Of a stretch of 64,000 nt of DNA, positions 1-14,400 are shown one piece after another. The notes under the pieces are model-generated. The model had not been told where the DNA came from and searched no databases. It saw only the letters and a list, made by a program, of their open reading frames with translations. Both the position numbers and the translations under genes were made by a program. The stretch covers positions 29,016,001 to 29,080,000 of the forward strand of contig NC_134472.1 of assembly GCF_964194025.1 (NCBI RefSeq), given 5' to 3'. Positions within the stretch are counted from its first letter, which is position 1. Every line of letters starts with the position of its first letter. The stretch comes from Convolutriloba macropyga (taxonomy: Eukaryota).

Positions 1-176
1 ACTCAACCCCTTTGAGACCCCTCCCCCTCAAAAACACCCCCATAATGCACCACCTTTTCTTTATTTTATCCCTCTCCAAAGTAAGCTTCAGATAGCTTTC
101 CTAGCTTCCATAGCTCCTGGCGAAGCCAACCTCTCGTTAATCGTTTGACAGCAACTTGCCTGACGTTATCCGGTTG
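1..176 (+). mobile_element. 3' end of a HINE family A copy in plus orientation
   Basis: tcgtttgacagcaact-tgc-ctgacgttatccgg-tt is a diverged reverse complement of the family A terminus; C-runs at 1-50 mirror the poly-G interior. Confidence 0.6.
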
Positions 177-2370
177 TGTTCAGTTACTCTCAAACCATTT
201 TTGAAGCAAATGTTGGTAATTTGCGTGTCTTTTTCTGCTTCATTTCTGCTTTCATTTTGGATATTTTTCCACAAACTAGAAGTCTCTTGGCTAGACCGTC
301 CCTTCCACTGATACATTTTGGCTCGACTGGCGTGTGAGAACAATTCGCTAGAAAAAAGCATTTCAGCAATTTTTGATTTTCTGTTGGTAACTTTGCCAAA
401 AAAATGTTTATGTGATTTTAGGTCTTTCAAAGGAATCTTGTGTTAACCTTGGCCCTCAATTGTTGTCAGAACTGTTTTAATGCTCCTGGGCGAACTTGAA
501 GCCATTTCTTTTATGTCCTCTTATGCAAAAACTTATTTGATCGTATTGCTATTTTATTCTGCAACATTCTTTCACTCGGTTCAATTCAATTTCCGGGTGA
601 CTTTTTCACTCCTGAGAATTTATTGCGCGATCTAAATTGCTCTTTTCAAAACAGGTGCCCCTAGAGAAAAAATTTCAGGATTTAGAGATCAGTGTTTTCC
701 GAAGTAGGAAGTGGGTGACGAAGGGTTTAGTTGAGTAGGTTGTCGGCCCAGTTTGAATAGGGAAGAAATTTTATAGGAAGCGAAATTCGGAAAATGACCT
801 TTCGATCTTAAATATTACCATCAAGTTCTACTATGTACACTCGTTGTCAAAGAAAAGACACAAAATGCAATTTTACATGTTAAAGTGCCTGTTTTAGAAG
901 CAATTTTTGTCAACACGTCGGCCGTTTCTTTTGATTTTTACATTAATTGATGCATGATAATAAACCGGATCTATTTAACTTCTGATCATAATGCGTCGAT
1001 TGATAAAAACCGACGAAACAGCCTAAGTTTTGTTGTGTAAAAATTGGTGTCCAAAACAAGCAGATTACCATAGCAAAATTGCATTCTTTGTGTTTAGTTT
1101 TGTCAACAATTGTATAAGTACCTAAGCTACAGTTAAGCGCCCAATGTTCCAAAACAAAGTCAATGTTCTTAAACATTAGTCATTGTTCGAAGACAGAGTC
1201 AGAAAATTTTCTTTAGCTAAAACAATGTAGAATACCAATACTCCTCTTTGAGTCGTAAGACACACGTTTACAATGATTGCTTCAAATTCGTTCGAGATCA
1301 AATAAAAATTATACTAAGAAAACTGAAGGCATGAAGTGCTAAGGAAATCTGTTTAACACTAAAAAAGCTGACATTTTTGAGTCAAGGAAATTGCTAAACC
1401 ATTGAACCCTCGCTTTGCTGGTAGGCTTGAGAAAATTTTATTGAGCCCAAATTTACCACCGGAACAGCTAGAAATCGGCGGGCCATAATGAAACCTTCAA
1501 TTCAATAGAACTAGGCGCCGATAGGATATACACTCTTTTCATATTTTCACGTGGCATAGCAACATCAACAAGCAATTACACGAATGAAACACGAAATTCA
1601 GGTCAGTCTTGGGAAGCTAACACCTTTTGAAGCCATCCAAACCAATTATTTAAACTTCACAAGTAGAAAAAAAAATTATGCGCCATCAAAAAACATCACA
1701 AAAACCAGACATCGGGAAAACAGAGAAATTCACAAATTTCACAAAACAGAACTTCATCGTCTGCCAACCAATTTTGGTTCATTGAGCACGATAACTTAAA
1801 AAATTTTTGCAAAGATTATACAGCCTGTTAATCCTTTTTTTGAAAAATAAACTTAATTAATTCAATTAAAGAATGCTTCAAATTATCTCAATATAAAATT
1901 AACTTTTAAAAGGAAGTCAAAGCACAATACGAGGTGAGAACGTCAGCTGCACAGAATATCTTTGTAACCTTTACAACTATTTCATTGACACAATGAAAAC
2001 GCTAACAAAACAAATGAAATGAAAATAGAATTCTGCTTCAAATTAGGCTAAAAAACAACTTAAAACGCAATCACCATTCTGACATGAAACTACTAAGTTG
2101 TTACAGTTTTTGAGCTACTCAGTTGCTGATGACAACATACATATAATTCAATGCAATCTGAGCCATCGCCTGTCCCACCGATTGATTGGCATTTTGGGAA
2201 TATAATTGAAATTATGGCCATATAGTGCAAGAATAATTTTTAATTGCAGGACAGGGCAACACGTCCACTAATTGTTATCAGGCTTCTGTCAAAATTGAGA
2301 CACAAATAGGAGCCAATGGTCGTTTAATGTTTGCTGCTCCGGTTAATTATCTGGCTAGTTTCGGATGCTT

Positions 2371-2448
2371 TCAGTCGTAATTTTCTCTTTCAGCCAACTT
2401 GCTTATTAAATTTTCACACAACTCGTTCATTTCCTTGTTGTCCTTCAC
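2371..2448 (-). CDS. TACC: TACC last exon
   Basis: ttttag acceptor, VKDNKEMNELCENLISKLAERENYD*; resembles the TACC terminal ELTKICDELI motif. Confidence 0.9.
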   Translation of the reverse strand: MKDNKEMNELCENLISKLAERENYD

Positions 2449-5400
2449 CTAAAAAGTTCAAAATCCTTCAATTTTCTGACATCGTGAACCCTATTCATTA
2501 CTTAGACAACGTATCAATCAACACATAAAATTAGATGAGGCATTCGGAGTTGCTCTCTCGCCATGCTTTCTAAGATCGCAACCCGGACCTCAAATAACAT
2601 TTATGCAGTTGTGCCTAGAAAGATGCAAAGCTAGCAATGTAGCGCTTATTGCTTCTATTGTAGATCTACATTGCAAATCAGTATATATGGATGATAGGCA
2701 GACGAGGCGTGACTAACTTACCTTTCTTTCGTAGGAGAGCTGGAGTGCATCATTGGCCATCTTGAGTCTCTTCAGCTCCATCTCCAGTCGAGTGATTGTG
2801 CCCTTAAGAGCCCTCTCGTTCTCTTGAACTTGCTGCTCAGCTCTGTACGAAAAAAAACAAGTGTTCTCTATAATTCCAGAGACAGCTAATAGTAAAAATT
2901 AAGATCGTCAATGCCTTCGAAATTTAATGATGGTCGTTTTAATCATATGTATTATACTTAGACATACCAAAAGGTCGCCAGAGGTAGTCAAAAGTGAGAG
3001 ATACTAACTCGGTGAATCGCTCCTCCGTGTATGTCTTGAGAGTAGCGTACATCTTCTCTTCGTCCACAATCTTCTGATGGGCTTTCTGCAGCTCCTGTTT
3101 CAGCACTACCTCATTCTGCAACACAACACGATAAACTAACTGGGAAATTTACGCATTTACTAAGACCACTCAGTTATTCGTCGCAACATCTCATAAATTT
3201 CCATCAACCCCAGAAGTCCATAGATTGTTTTCCACTTAGTAGGAACGGTTAACGTGCATTTTATGTTCATTTTAAACCCGTTCAACAGAATTTGAGTAAG
3301 GGGCATTAAAGAGAAATTTTTGAGCATTTATGAGCTCCTTCATTCTATTCGATTTGAGGAGGGGTATTTTTTTTGGTTCGGTCGCCTTCTCCCTTTCTCA
3401 GAAAGTACCTAGTTTTTAGGTTGCTACTCATAAACTCGATATTATGATGTGTTTGTGGCAAATTGAACTCGTTCTCATTTGATACAGAAATGTATCCTTG
3501 AATACATCTCATAAAAATTGATTACAACCGGAGAATAACCCAGTCAGTTTTCAGTTTCAACTGACTCTCAATCAGTTAGAAATAATCAAGTCAGTGCTGA
3601 TTGGGTTTACTAACATTCTTGTACTGTCCGATGGCATCTCGGGCTTTGTTGTATCTCTTGAGAGCCTGATCGAAGGACTGCTCCAGAGACTGCAGATCAT
3701 TCTGATACTAAAACAACTACCACTCTGAAGCATGTGAAAAAAGCTGCAGCACATTTTTACACTAAACTCTTTCCAAATTTTATATAACTGTGTTATTGGC
3801 TCCACTATACAAGACGCATACCGTAATGAGTAAAGAACTTCTACTATCTTTGCTTTTATGAGTACTGAGTCAGTTTTACTTGGCTGTTAAAAATTACTTC
3901 TGCAGAATTTAAACTTTCAAAACAGAGCTGTAGCCGTAACTACGCGTAGTTGTACTAAATAATTTATCACATCACTACCTGACCACCGATATATCCAATA
4001 TTAATAAGTCATAACCCAGACAAGTTGTCACTAATTTGTTCGAAATTACTGAACAAATGTCAGATAATCCACTTCCCTCTTAAGACCTATTAATTAGGCG
4101 AAAACAAAAGACAACCCTCATATTCTTTCAACCTTCGGGCAAATATTCAGAGCCAACACTTGCGACTATAAATTAAAATACTAATTGAAAACCGATCATT
4201 ATCAGATTTTCATAATTACTCAATTCATTTATCAACCTACAAACGCACTCTGCACACGCGAAATCATTTTACTCCTCATTTGAAACTTCTCAACATTATA
4301 AGTTAAAACAATGTCGTCCTATTCAAGCGAGAGACACGAAGAACAACGATTCTCTTCCTCCAGTGGAGCGGTGTTAGTTGGTGCGAGTGCAGGGGTGGGG
4401 GCGTACGTGTTGCCAGAGGCTACAATGGTGGGAACAAGCACCGATGTGGTGCCGGGTGCTGCCTTCTACAGACACCAAAGTGCATACAAGACCGAGAAAG
4501 CAGACGGACTGGGCAGAACTTCACGCGTAGAAGCAGTTAGTATAATAGATCAAACAACAAATTCATACAGGTATCCTCCTCCACTCACCAGCTTAGTTGT
4601 CATAAAACGTTTGCGCCTTCCATTAATCGTAATAATGGGTGTTAGAAGTAAATCTGTAGACCAAAAGCTCATTCATACTTGAACAATACAATCTATTGTA
4701 ACAGAAATCTAACGTATTGAGTCCTTAGAAAACCCACCCTCAATTTCAATCTCATTAATCTTTATCTATTCACAAATTTTCAAACACTTTGTTTAGACTC
4801 GATTTGAGAAACGAGACGCTGCATGCAAACAACTGGAAACGGTAATAAAACAATTTTCAAACACACACAAACTCTCAAATTGATACGCCATTGCATAGTT
4901 CCTTTTTATTTCAGACGCACAAGGAGCTAACAACCCCTGGAATATAGAAATGATTGACAGTGGATAACCAAAAAGCTACATCGTGAATCACACACAGCTC
5001 ACAAACTTCATCAATGCCACAAAACCAACAAAATGCAGTAAAATTATTTTTAAACAGCTTCTTATTCAGATTTCAGATTCTCGAATAAAAACTTCCATTG
5101 AATTGCTCTTGCCTGAAAAGCGGCTAGAAAACAGTATTGAGGTATAAGCAAAAGCTCTGCAGAGTTAGCAACCATGTTTTTTGACAAGTCACATGATCAT
5201 ATCAATGTCTAGCATAAACACCAATTCAGTTGCTAAGGTGTAAAACTTACTTAGAAAAATTGTTTTCCCCTTTTGAAGCATAATTATCTGGTGGGCACAT
5301 AGTTTAAAACCTATTAAGAAGACCACGGCGCCATATAAAAGATAAATTGCCTTAGAATTCAGACATCTACATTTGGAAAATAAACCGACTAACGTCGGAT

Positions 5401-8400
5401 GAATTGCACTCTAACAACAGGTGGGGCAATTTTATTATAGGGGGCGTAGCTTTGAAACGTTCTATGTGTGCAAAAAACAACCCACATTTCGCTCACAATC
5501 GTTTTTATATTAGAGACAAACTTTATTTCAGATATAGGGCAACTCGGATCACTCAAGAATGAAGAACTCGAGTATGAACACGTTACAAAAGAAGTCTAAA
5601 AAGGTTTAAGAACAAAAGCAAAAACGGTCAAGTGATAACTTTTCATAAAAAGGAGGCATACGTTTACAATATTTGCTTCGGTTTAGACTTAGGGAGACCA
5701 CCTGCTTGAGTAAATGGGGACAGAAAAGCACTGCAGAAAAGTGGAGGGATGGTGTCTAAATCTACCGAATCCAAAATTTCCTTCCACGCCGTGAACTCCT
5801 GCTTCCTCAGCAGTTTCGTAACGTACACTTAGAGTCACTTATTAATGCTCCAACAGAACTGCAAGCAAATTAATGTCTTCGCGTCTTGTTTATCCCGTTT
5901 CTTTTGACGAAAAGTCAAATAACTTGAGCAAGCAAAGAACATCATTAAAAAAAACGGTTCAGCAACGGTCGAGTTTGCTTGCTACTCGGCCAATAACAGA
6001 ACAAATCCAACCAAACCAAAACAACAAAACGACTTCTTGAAAATACAAATTTCTAATCAAATTATTTAACTTCTATCAATGTAATTTAACAAGTCTTACA
6101 TTTATGCTCTTGTGATTAACTCAATTAAGAATAAATTTTTATAATACTATCATCAACAGAGGAGAGTTAGCCACATAATAAGAATCAGAGGAGAGTTGGC
6201 CATAGAATTCGAGAGGAGAATTAACCACAGTTTTTAAGATCACAGTTTGTCTCAAAGTCACCAAGATACACTGCTCTATAAATTTTCCTAAGAATATTAC
6301 CCTGAAGCTTCTAAACAGAAAAGGAATTGCGCAGAAAAATGCGAACGTCAGCAAAAAAACAGGCCCATCGTTAAATTTCTTAACCATAGCCGACAAATTG
6401 CCGGAAAAAAACCGCCGTTGACGCACATCGGGATTGAAACAAATAAAAAGAAATATAGAAATCGAAAGAAATTTTCAATAAATGTACTAACTCGGTGTGC
6501 AGTTTCAGTTATATTCGAAAACTATACTTAATTCAGATTTTAAACGGAAATTTAAGCTTAATACTAATCTCAGGTAGTAATCGCTCTGATAACCTAATGC
6601 ACTTACTTAATGACCGGGCTTTGGTTTATACCGCTTCCTTTTATTTTGCTCTTTTGACATTTACCAGATTAATTACATTATTGCTTAATTCAATGCGTGA
6701 AAGAATTTAAAATGCATTCAGTTGAAACAATGAGTGAAGTAAGCCACGAGTCAAACGTGAAAATCGTGACCGATTTAAAACGAAAAACGCGATTAAAAAA
6801 GGAATTAAAAAAACAGCAAGACAGGCCCGGACACAATTCAAAGAATTTTCATCGACTTAACAAAAATCTAGGCCTAGAATAAACTCTGAATGGATCGGAA
6901 AAACCATTTAGAAAACAATACGATCCAAAAAATCGAAACACAGTAAAAAACAAAAACATAACCGACTAACGTCGGGCGAATTGCTCTCAAACGACCGGCG
7001 AGCGGTTGGATTGGTCAGTAGCTAACCATGGGGGGGGGGGTGCACCGGGGGCTGATGGGGGGCAGCACTGGGTTGGGGGGGGGGGGCAAAAGCGCGGCGG
7101 TGGGGGGGGGGGGGGTGGAGCCAATAGTGGGGGTGGGGGGTCATCAAGGGGGGGGGGGTGTCTCGACCTCTATGAACCGCCCTTCACACCATAAGTATAA
7201 GTATAAGTCTCCAAAACAGTTTGAGCTGAAATAAACCTGAAAGGCTCTAAGAGCACTTAATGCCCGCTGGGCGCTACCTGTTTATCCCGTTTTTGAGGAC
7301 GAAAAGTCAAAAGCGTCAGACGAAAAATTGGTCAAGCGAAAAATCGCATAAAAAAGACCGACAGGACTAATATAATTGCTACAAACTTCGTTTGAGAGCA
7401 ATTAAAACAGAAATTGCCACATGTAAACAAAAAACCACTAGCGAGAAAGCGAATTTCATACATCGTTTTTTAATACTTTGTAATCCGAGCAAAAATTTCA
7501 CGCGGCAAAACCACTCGCTTTTTCGCTCCACTTCCTGTTTCAGCGTGACCAAAATCGTCACTTCAATTTTACTTCAAAAATCATGAAAATGTGTGAACAT
7601 ATCTTAAGCAAACACAGCGCCGCAATACAATTCAAATTCTTTGAATTGCAAAAAGGAGAGAACCTAAATAATAGCCATTGAGAGGCTGACAGCTGCTATT
7701 AAAAACAAAAGTTAACTGATTCATCAAAGACAACAAATAGTTGAAACTAAAACAACAACTTACTTGCTACGTAAGGGTCGCTCCACAGATCAAAAACACG
7801 CCATCAAAATAATATTTCCATTCGTTAAATCCACGATGAGATCAAAAATAGTTTTCGCTATCGCTACGCGGCTATTAAATTTTAAAAAGACTCTACAATG
7901 CTATGACTGTATATATAAAAAACAAAAAATACAAAAACCCATTCTGGCCATTTTGAAAAATTTCAAAATACATAGTCACTTTTGAGCGACCGATTATGAG
8001 GTAAATCAAGAGAATCCTTGGCCATTGGGCTAAAAAATTAGGGTCGACGCCTGAATCTGGGAATGAACATAATCTGAATCTCATTTTGCAAATAACGATT
8101 CTTGATATTCATGAAAATCATAATATTCAATTCCCTGAGAAAATTGTGTAAAGAATTCACAATATCGAGCGAACATTTCCCTACTAACAAGAACAAACAA
8201 GCAAAATTGCACTGAAATCCTCAAAATACATCGAGCAAACAATAAGGCTAAAAATACTCGGGGAACAAAAGGTTTTATAACTATAAATACCCAACTTATT
8301 TATCCAACATCACAGTAACCAGGAGCTTCAATTTATTTAAGCTTTTAAACATCAATTTATCCTCACATCATCATAACAAACTTTACCTCGTTTCATCGGC

Positions 8401-11400
8401 TATAAAAATGGGAGGCACACAAGAGCAAAAACAAAAAGAGGTTGAGCAAGAGAAAAACAGCAAAGGTGAGCGAGCTATATTCTTAGTCAAAAAATAGTTT
8501 AATCTATCCAACTAGATCAAATCCTGATGCTGATTGCTTCATTCAAAACAGCTTCTCAGTGAACTCGTCACTTTGATGAGCAATAAAGAGCATAAAAATA
8601 GAACAAACCAAAAAATAGGATCGATATCTAGATTAGAACAGATCAAAATTTTAAGTTTCACGGGAAACAATCTATCCTCTCCTGAACTAAATTTTAGAAA
8701 AAAAATGATTTGGCGTTTCTTGTCACAACAGAGGCGAGTTCTTCGACGTATTAGCAAGATAATCACAAGAACCTTGTTCAGTTATCGATAAGTTTTTGCT
8801 ACGCGACCGTTGAAGTGTTACTATATTTGCAGCAACATCTTCATGTCAAATCAAATGGGAAGAACCTGAACCAAAGCAGAAGGTTTCTCCACATCAGGTA
8901 GATGATTCGGAGTGGCCCTCATGCCATGCAAAGGATTCTCACTGGGAAGAACCCGAACAGCTAACAGTCTCAGGGCCAGTTTACTACAAGCACGAGAGCT
9001 CATACAGGACAGTGCGAGGGCTACCAAGCGGTAACAGAAACATTGAGCAAGGGGTAAGTTGCACGGCTATTTTCATTAACACAGCCATGTTCGGGAGGTG
9101 GTGCCAAAAATTTACACCATGAATTTATAACCTCTTCAGAGGTTTTGGTGGAATATACTTTGAGACTAGACTGGTCGACCTCAAAGAGCACCGAACAGAG
9201 ACCTAACAGTCTATTGTTTTACCAGATCATCCATTTCTCAAGACGAAATGTCAATTGCTCAGACAAAAATCAATGCAGCGAAAAATCGCGTAAAAAAGAC
9301 CAACAGTATCCAAATAGTTACTTCTAACTTCATTAATTGAAATCAAATTTTAGCTCACTTTTAATCATCTAATTCAGAATTTACGGAATTCGGTGCTTCT
9401 ATGAGGCAATTTCAGACAAACAAGGAATGCAACTATTAAATTAACTTTGGATAACTTTCGCAAATAAAATGTGCTTGTCTTTCTGTTTTAGTCTCGCCTG
9501 GAAATCCGTGATGCCAAAGGTCGACATATCGAAAAGGTGAGAGAGCAACAATATCAAGACAATGAACAAAATTGATTCTTTATTTTGGTTCGCTAATTTA
9601 ACTTATGTTTTCAGAGATTCATGGAGCAGGTACACAACGAGACTGCATCTTGAAACGCTAAAGATCTTACGAGGTAAGTACATCTTTTCCACAAAACGAT
9701 AAAACCCCAACATGCCTATGAGATTTGTCATAAGTTCATAAAATTGTCTTCTTCCGGTGTTCTAAAAAATTGGATCGAAATAATTTATTGATGATAAAGT
9801 TTTGAGTCAAGCAATTAAAGAGTGAGCCTTCTTAAAAGAGATCTCGAACAATCTAGTGAGGTGTTATGTGGCAAAACAATTTCATTTTATAACGTTTTAT
9901 TGAGCCTTCTGTTATGTGGCAAAACAATTTCATTTTATAACGTTTTATTCGTATTTTAGCAACAGAAGATCAAGAAAGCAACAGAATCATGGCAACAGCG
10001 AACTCAAACTTTCAGATTCTTCTGAAACTTAACTCAACTGAACTGACTGCTTTCAAACAATTAACAGACTGATAATAATGACTTACACAACTTTGATACT
10101 GAGCAAACATAGATGTTATCTTTATTAATTGCTCACTAGTATTACTAGATTCTCTACTAGCATGAATACACGAAATTTATTGTTCAGACCCTACTTAGTG
10201 GAGGTGGGAACTGTATGGTCAGATGGTTTTTTTGTTCAGACTAGACAGTTGTAGTTCTATCAGTAGCACGTTCGCCAACCGTAAACCAATGTTTTAGAAT
10301 TTTCATTGAATTTGGTCTTCTTTCAGGAGTTTTTAAGGTTTAGGTTTAAAATTTTTGTAACATCGGATGATTGACCCTTATTTCGTCCAATTTTTCAAAA
10401 CTTTTCTGCTCAAATTTTGTTTTATTTTGCTAAAAACAAGTTCATATATGCTTAATGAAGTAATGTATATCATATTGTAAAGTAGACAAAGGGTCGGTAT
10501 ACTTCTATGTCTGACTTTTTGTGCTAAATTTTGGGTGATATTCTGATAATTTATCCTCTTTCTAGAACCAAATTATTTATTTTAGCTAAAACTGCTGAGG
10601 TTCTCAACAGAACTGTCACAAAACCTCTAAAACCTGTTCAAAAAATTCTCTGGAGTAGAATTACTGTTAGTGGAGCCTCAAATGCGTAGCAAAACAATTT
10701 GAAACTACAGTTCTGTCGCTAATTTCCTGATTTAAATCGATTTAAGTTACTTTTGTTCCTTTTTAGCATCATTTTTGGTCAACTGTGGACATTTTTAATC
10801 AATAAATTGGGCAACTTATATCAAAGAAGCAATAAAGTGGCCATTGTAGGTCTCATCACGTCTTGGAAGTTTTAAGTTTTCAATTATTGGCATAAGATTT
10901 TTATGGCTTTGACAGCATGAATTTTTGTAAGTATCTGTAATTTGGAGTTCTGCCTCGATTTGTTGCTAATTTTGTAGTCTCATTACTGAGAGATGCATTT
11001 CGCTCTGTATTGAAGCATAAGTTCAGTTTTCTGCAATGATTTTATGCATAAAAAGTTTCATTGTTTACAATTTTGAAGACTGCTAATTGTTTTCCTGATT
11101 TTCAAAATATTTAAAATAATTTTCCAATCCTTGCCCCTTGTTGTTGTTTTCTGTCGACTTGAATCTTAGTGTCATTGATTAAATGTGCCATCTGCTTTCT
11201 AATGGGACAAATGTCAACCAAAACAGAGCGTTTATTTTAAAAAGTTTGTCTAGTTTAATACTTTGTTTTTTTTTGTGTGTGAGAAAGTTGTAGTTTTGCA
11301 CGTATATGTTGTTTTCTGCCGTCTTGTGTCTCAGTTTTACTTATAAAACACTTCGGCTATTGAGAACTCAAGAATCTTGTTTTTGTTCACATGCCGTGCC

Positions 11401-14400
11401 CTCTATCATTTTTACTAATGTGTCGCCTAGCCGAATCAGGAAACAATATTAGCTGCTCTCCAACTCTAAATGATGTGCAGGATGTCTTTATAGCGCTTCG
11501 TGTTCTATTAACTTTTGATGCTATTACTTGCAATTTGTATTTGAGTTTTATCAAATGTCTTTGTGCTATTTTGTCTCCTTTTTTCGCAAAAACGTTATGT
11601 ACACTTGAACACGGTGTACTTGGCTTTGATAACTGCAAAACCATTGTCGTTTGATGATTTAATTTGAAAACTGGATAGAATTTGAATTCAGAATCTCATT
11701 TTTTGTTGTTTGGAAACCGGTGTTTAACAGATTAAATATTTTTTCAGCTTGACAAAATCTTTCGCTTGATTTTTGTCAACCAAATGCATCGAGCAGTTCA
11801 ATGGATGTCCCTCTTAGTGATCTAAAAACTCACACGTATTAACTTCACTGCTATACAAGCTAGTCCTGATTTGAGAACCCATCAAGTTTCAAAGTACAAA
11901 CATAAATTGTTTTGAAACTTTCCCCATTTCTGTTTCATTTGATAAAAATCCACAAACATGAATCAGCGGGATCGGAACATTATATGCAAAGGCAAATTAC
12001 CGGGCTCTTCCTTGTTTTGTTAAAACTATTAACTTAAACTCTAGAGTACCTCTTCGTTCTCTTGGCTTAGTCTGTTAATCTCCTTCTGTAGATCACCCAT
12101 GGCTTTGTCTTTGATCACACATAGTTGTGAGAAGGCATCCTCCAGATCATGCAGTACCACACTGAAATTACAAAGAACACTCAATTATCTCACCGTCAAT
12201 TTTTTATCTCCTAAACATCTTTCAACAGCTCAACCAATGTTACAACGTTAAGAGTGATTTCTTTTTAACAAGACGAACAAATCACACAAGTATTCCTGGA
12301 ATCACAAAAAACAAGAAATGTTGAGACACTCCTATTTCATGTAATTTTTCTTCAAATTTCATTATAGGAAATTTGAATTTCAAGATAAGAGGCGTTTGTA
12401 TCATCGAAACCAGCATCTATATAAATGAACACTCACTAAAAATCTTCTCCAAAAACAGACCTATAAATTTTGGCAATTTCAGCGATCCGTTTCAAACCAT
12501 TGGATTTAGAATCACAAGAAGCTCAGAGCAACGAGAATTGAGTTCTGATCAGGATTTTATTGTTTCGACCCCTCTAGAGGGGGGAGGAACTATATACTCA
12601 AATGGGTTTTTTTGTTCAGACAATTTTGGCCGATCGATAAATTCATTGTAAAGAGTTGAGACTGGTATCATTAGAAAACTCGTCCAACGTAGAATATGGA
12701 ATTAAAAAGATTTTTCTGATTTTCGTTTTTTACAGGGAGTTAATGAAGTTTAAACTTTTGCAAAAACAGAGTGAATTCCGTTCATTTTCACATTTTCCGG
12801 AATTTTGACTAAAATATCGTAAATTTTGCTTAAAGTTTTTTTTTAGGAAATTGTTGTTGATTTTATTTTTAAAGACAAAAAAATATTGTCAACTATTTTT
12901 ATTTAAATTTTTTGTCAAAAATTCTGGCTAAGTTTTTCAAAATTCAGACTTTTTCATCAAAAACAGCACGAAACAAGTTTCTTTAGTGCACTTTGATTAA
13001 ATTTACAAAATTACACACCAAAGCACCACTATCACAATCTTTGTAGACTCAAAAGGGGGCTTTTTCTACTTCAATTTCTATATATATCTATATCAAAAGC
13101 ATTCGAAAAAATAAAGGTTCCTAATGGTTGAACAGCAGTAGCAGGGCTAGCTTTGGACCAATCTTGGACTCTTACAAAACAAAAAAAAGCGGATTCAAAT
13201 CAGTCGGTTTTCTTTAAATTAGATCTTTTTTATATTAATTAAAGAACAGAACATTTCAAATCAAATCTCTGTAGTGATCGGTCCAATTGGCTTGCTAAGC
13301 AGCTCCAAAGTAGTGCATATAGTTTTTTACTTGGAAGCTTATGGTCGTTTTGACTTTAAAAATATTTGATTTTTAAATAAATATTGGCTTATTGAACTTT
13401 TACTATTTTTTTTTAATTTTGTCAACTTGTAGCTTAGTGTCAGCAAAGGAAGAAGGCTTTTTCATTCCAATGATTTAAAATTTATACTCTATTGTGGCTT
13501 TCCGCCTTAAGTTATGGTTTTCTGGCTTTGATACTACTAGATGTCACATTTTTAATTTTTAGGTATTTGCACAATTTTCATGTTTTCTAGTTTTGTCACA
13601 TTATCACGTTATTGATATTTTATATCTTATTATTGGCTATCAAAATCAGTCACAATTGATAATATTAAAATTCTTTCTCGAAGAATGAAGAATTTAATTG
13701 AATTTTTTAATTTTGTCTTTAACTGTCGTTTTTACTTTGTTTTTCTTAGTCGTATAAAATTTCGTGTGCAATGACCCGGCTTCATTGGATTTTCATGCAT
13801 GAATAGATCAGCTGACATTCTGATATCAGTAGATAGCTGATGGCTTTCACGACTTTAAAAACAATTGTTTTCCAAAAAATGACATTACCGTCGCATTTTT
13901 GTTCCTTTTGTCTGTTTGTTACCTAGTCTTGTTAATTACAGGCCAAATATGACATCAATGGTGTCAAGGGAAGGTGTAAAAAGGGGATTGGTGTCACAAA
14001 ATCTAATGTTTTTAAAGGATGCATTATGACTTTACTGGCTTCGACAAGGGTTTTTCACAAAAGTAAACTAATTTTTTGATTTATGTCATATTTGAGGTTC
14101 TTTTCGTAGACGTAAGACATATTCTGGATAATTGCAGGTCTCAAGGGTTTCCTTTGGAAGAATAAACGAACGTATTTAATTTTTTTAAAAAAAATTAATG
14201 GCTTTCATGACTTTGAAAATATTTAAAAAAAATTCTTAATTTGGCCTTTTTTTGTCAACTTGATACCTAATTTTAGTAAGAGAGATCACATATTACATTA
14301 TCGGTGTTCAAATAAGGTGCAATTGAACATATTTTGGGGGCCAAAGAATGGCTTTACGGCTTCAAAAGCGTTTTCTGGCAACTTTTGATTGATTTGTTTC

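Noticed and set aside
6158-6230. Three degenerate agaggagagtt.gcca units
   Set aside because: Short, degenerate minisatellite-like stretch with no further support
7006-7234. Gly-rich ORFs
   Set aside because: By-product of the poly-G tract inside a family A element
8408-9653. N2 as a neuropeptide precursor (KR site, repeated WEEPE) or myeloid leukemia factor homologue
   Set aside because: No signal peptide and the repeats are not flanked by basic cleavage sites; resemblance to MLF is only compositional
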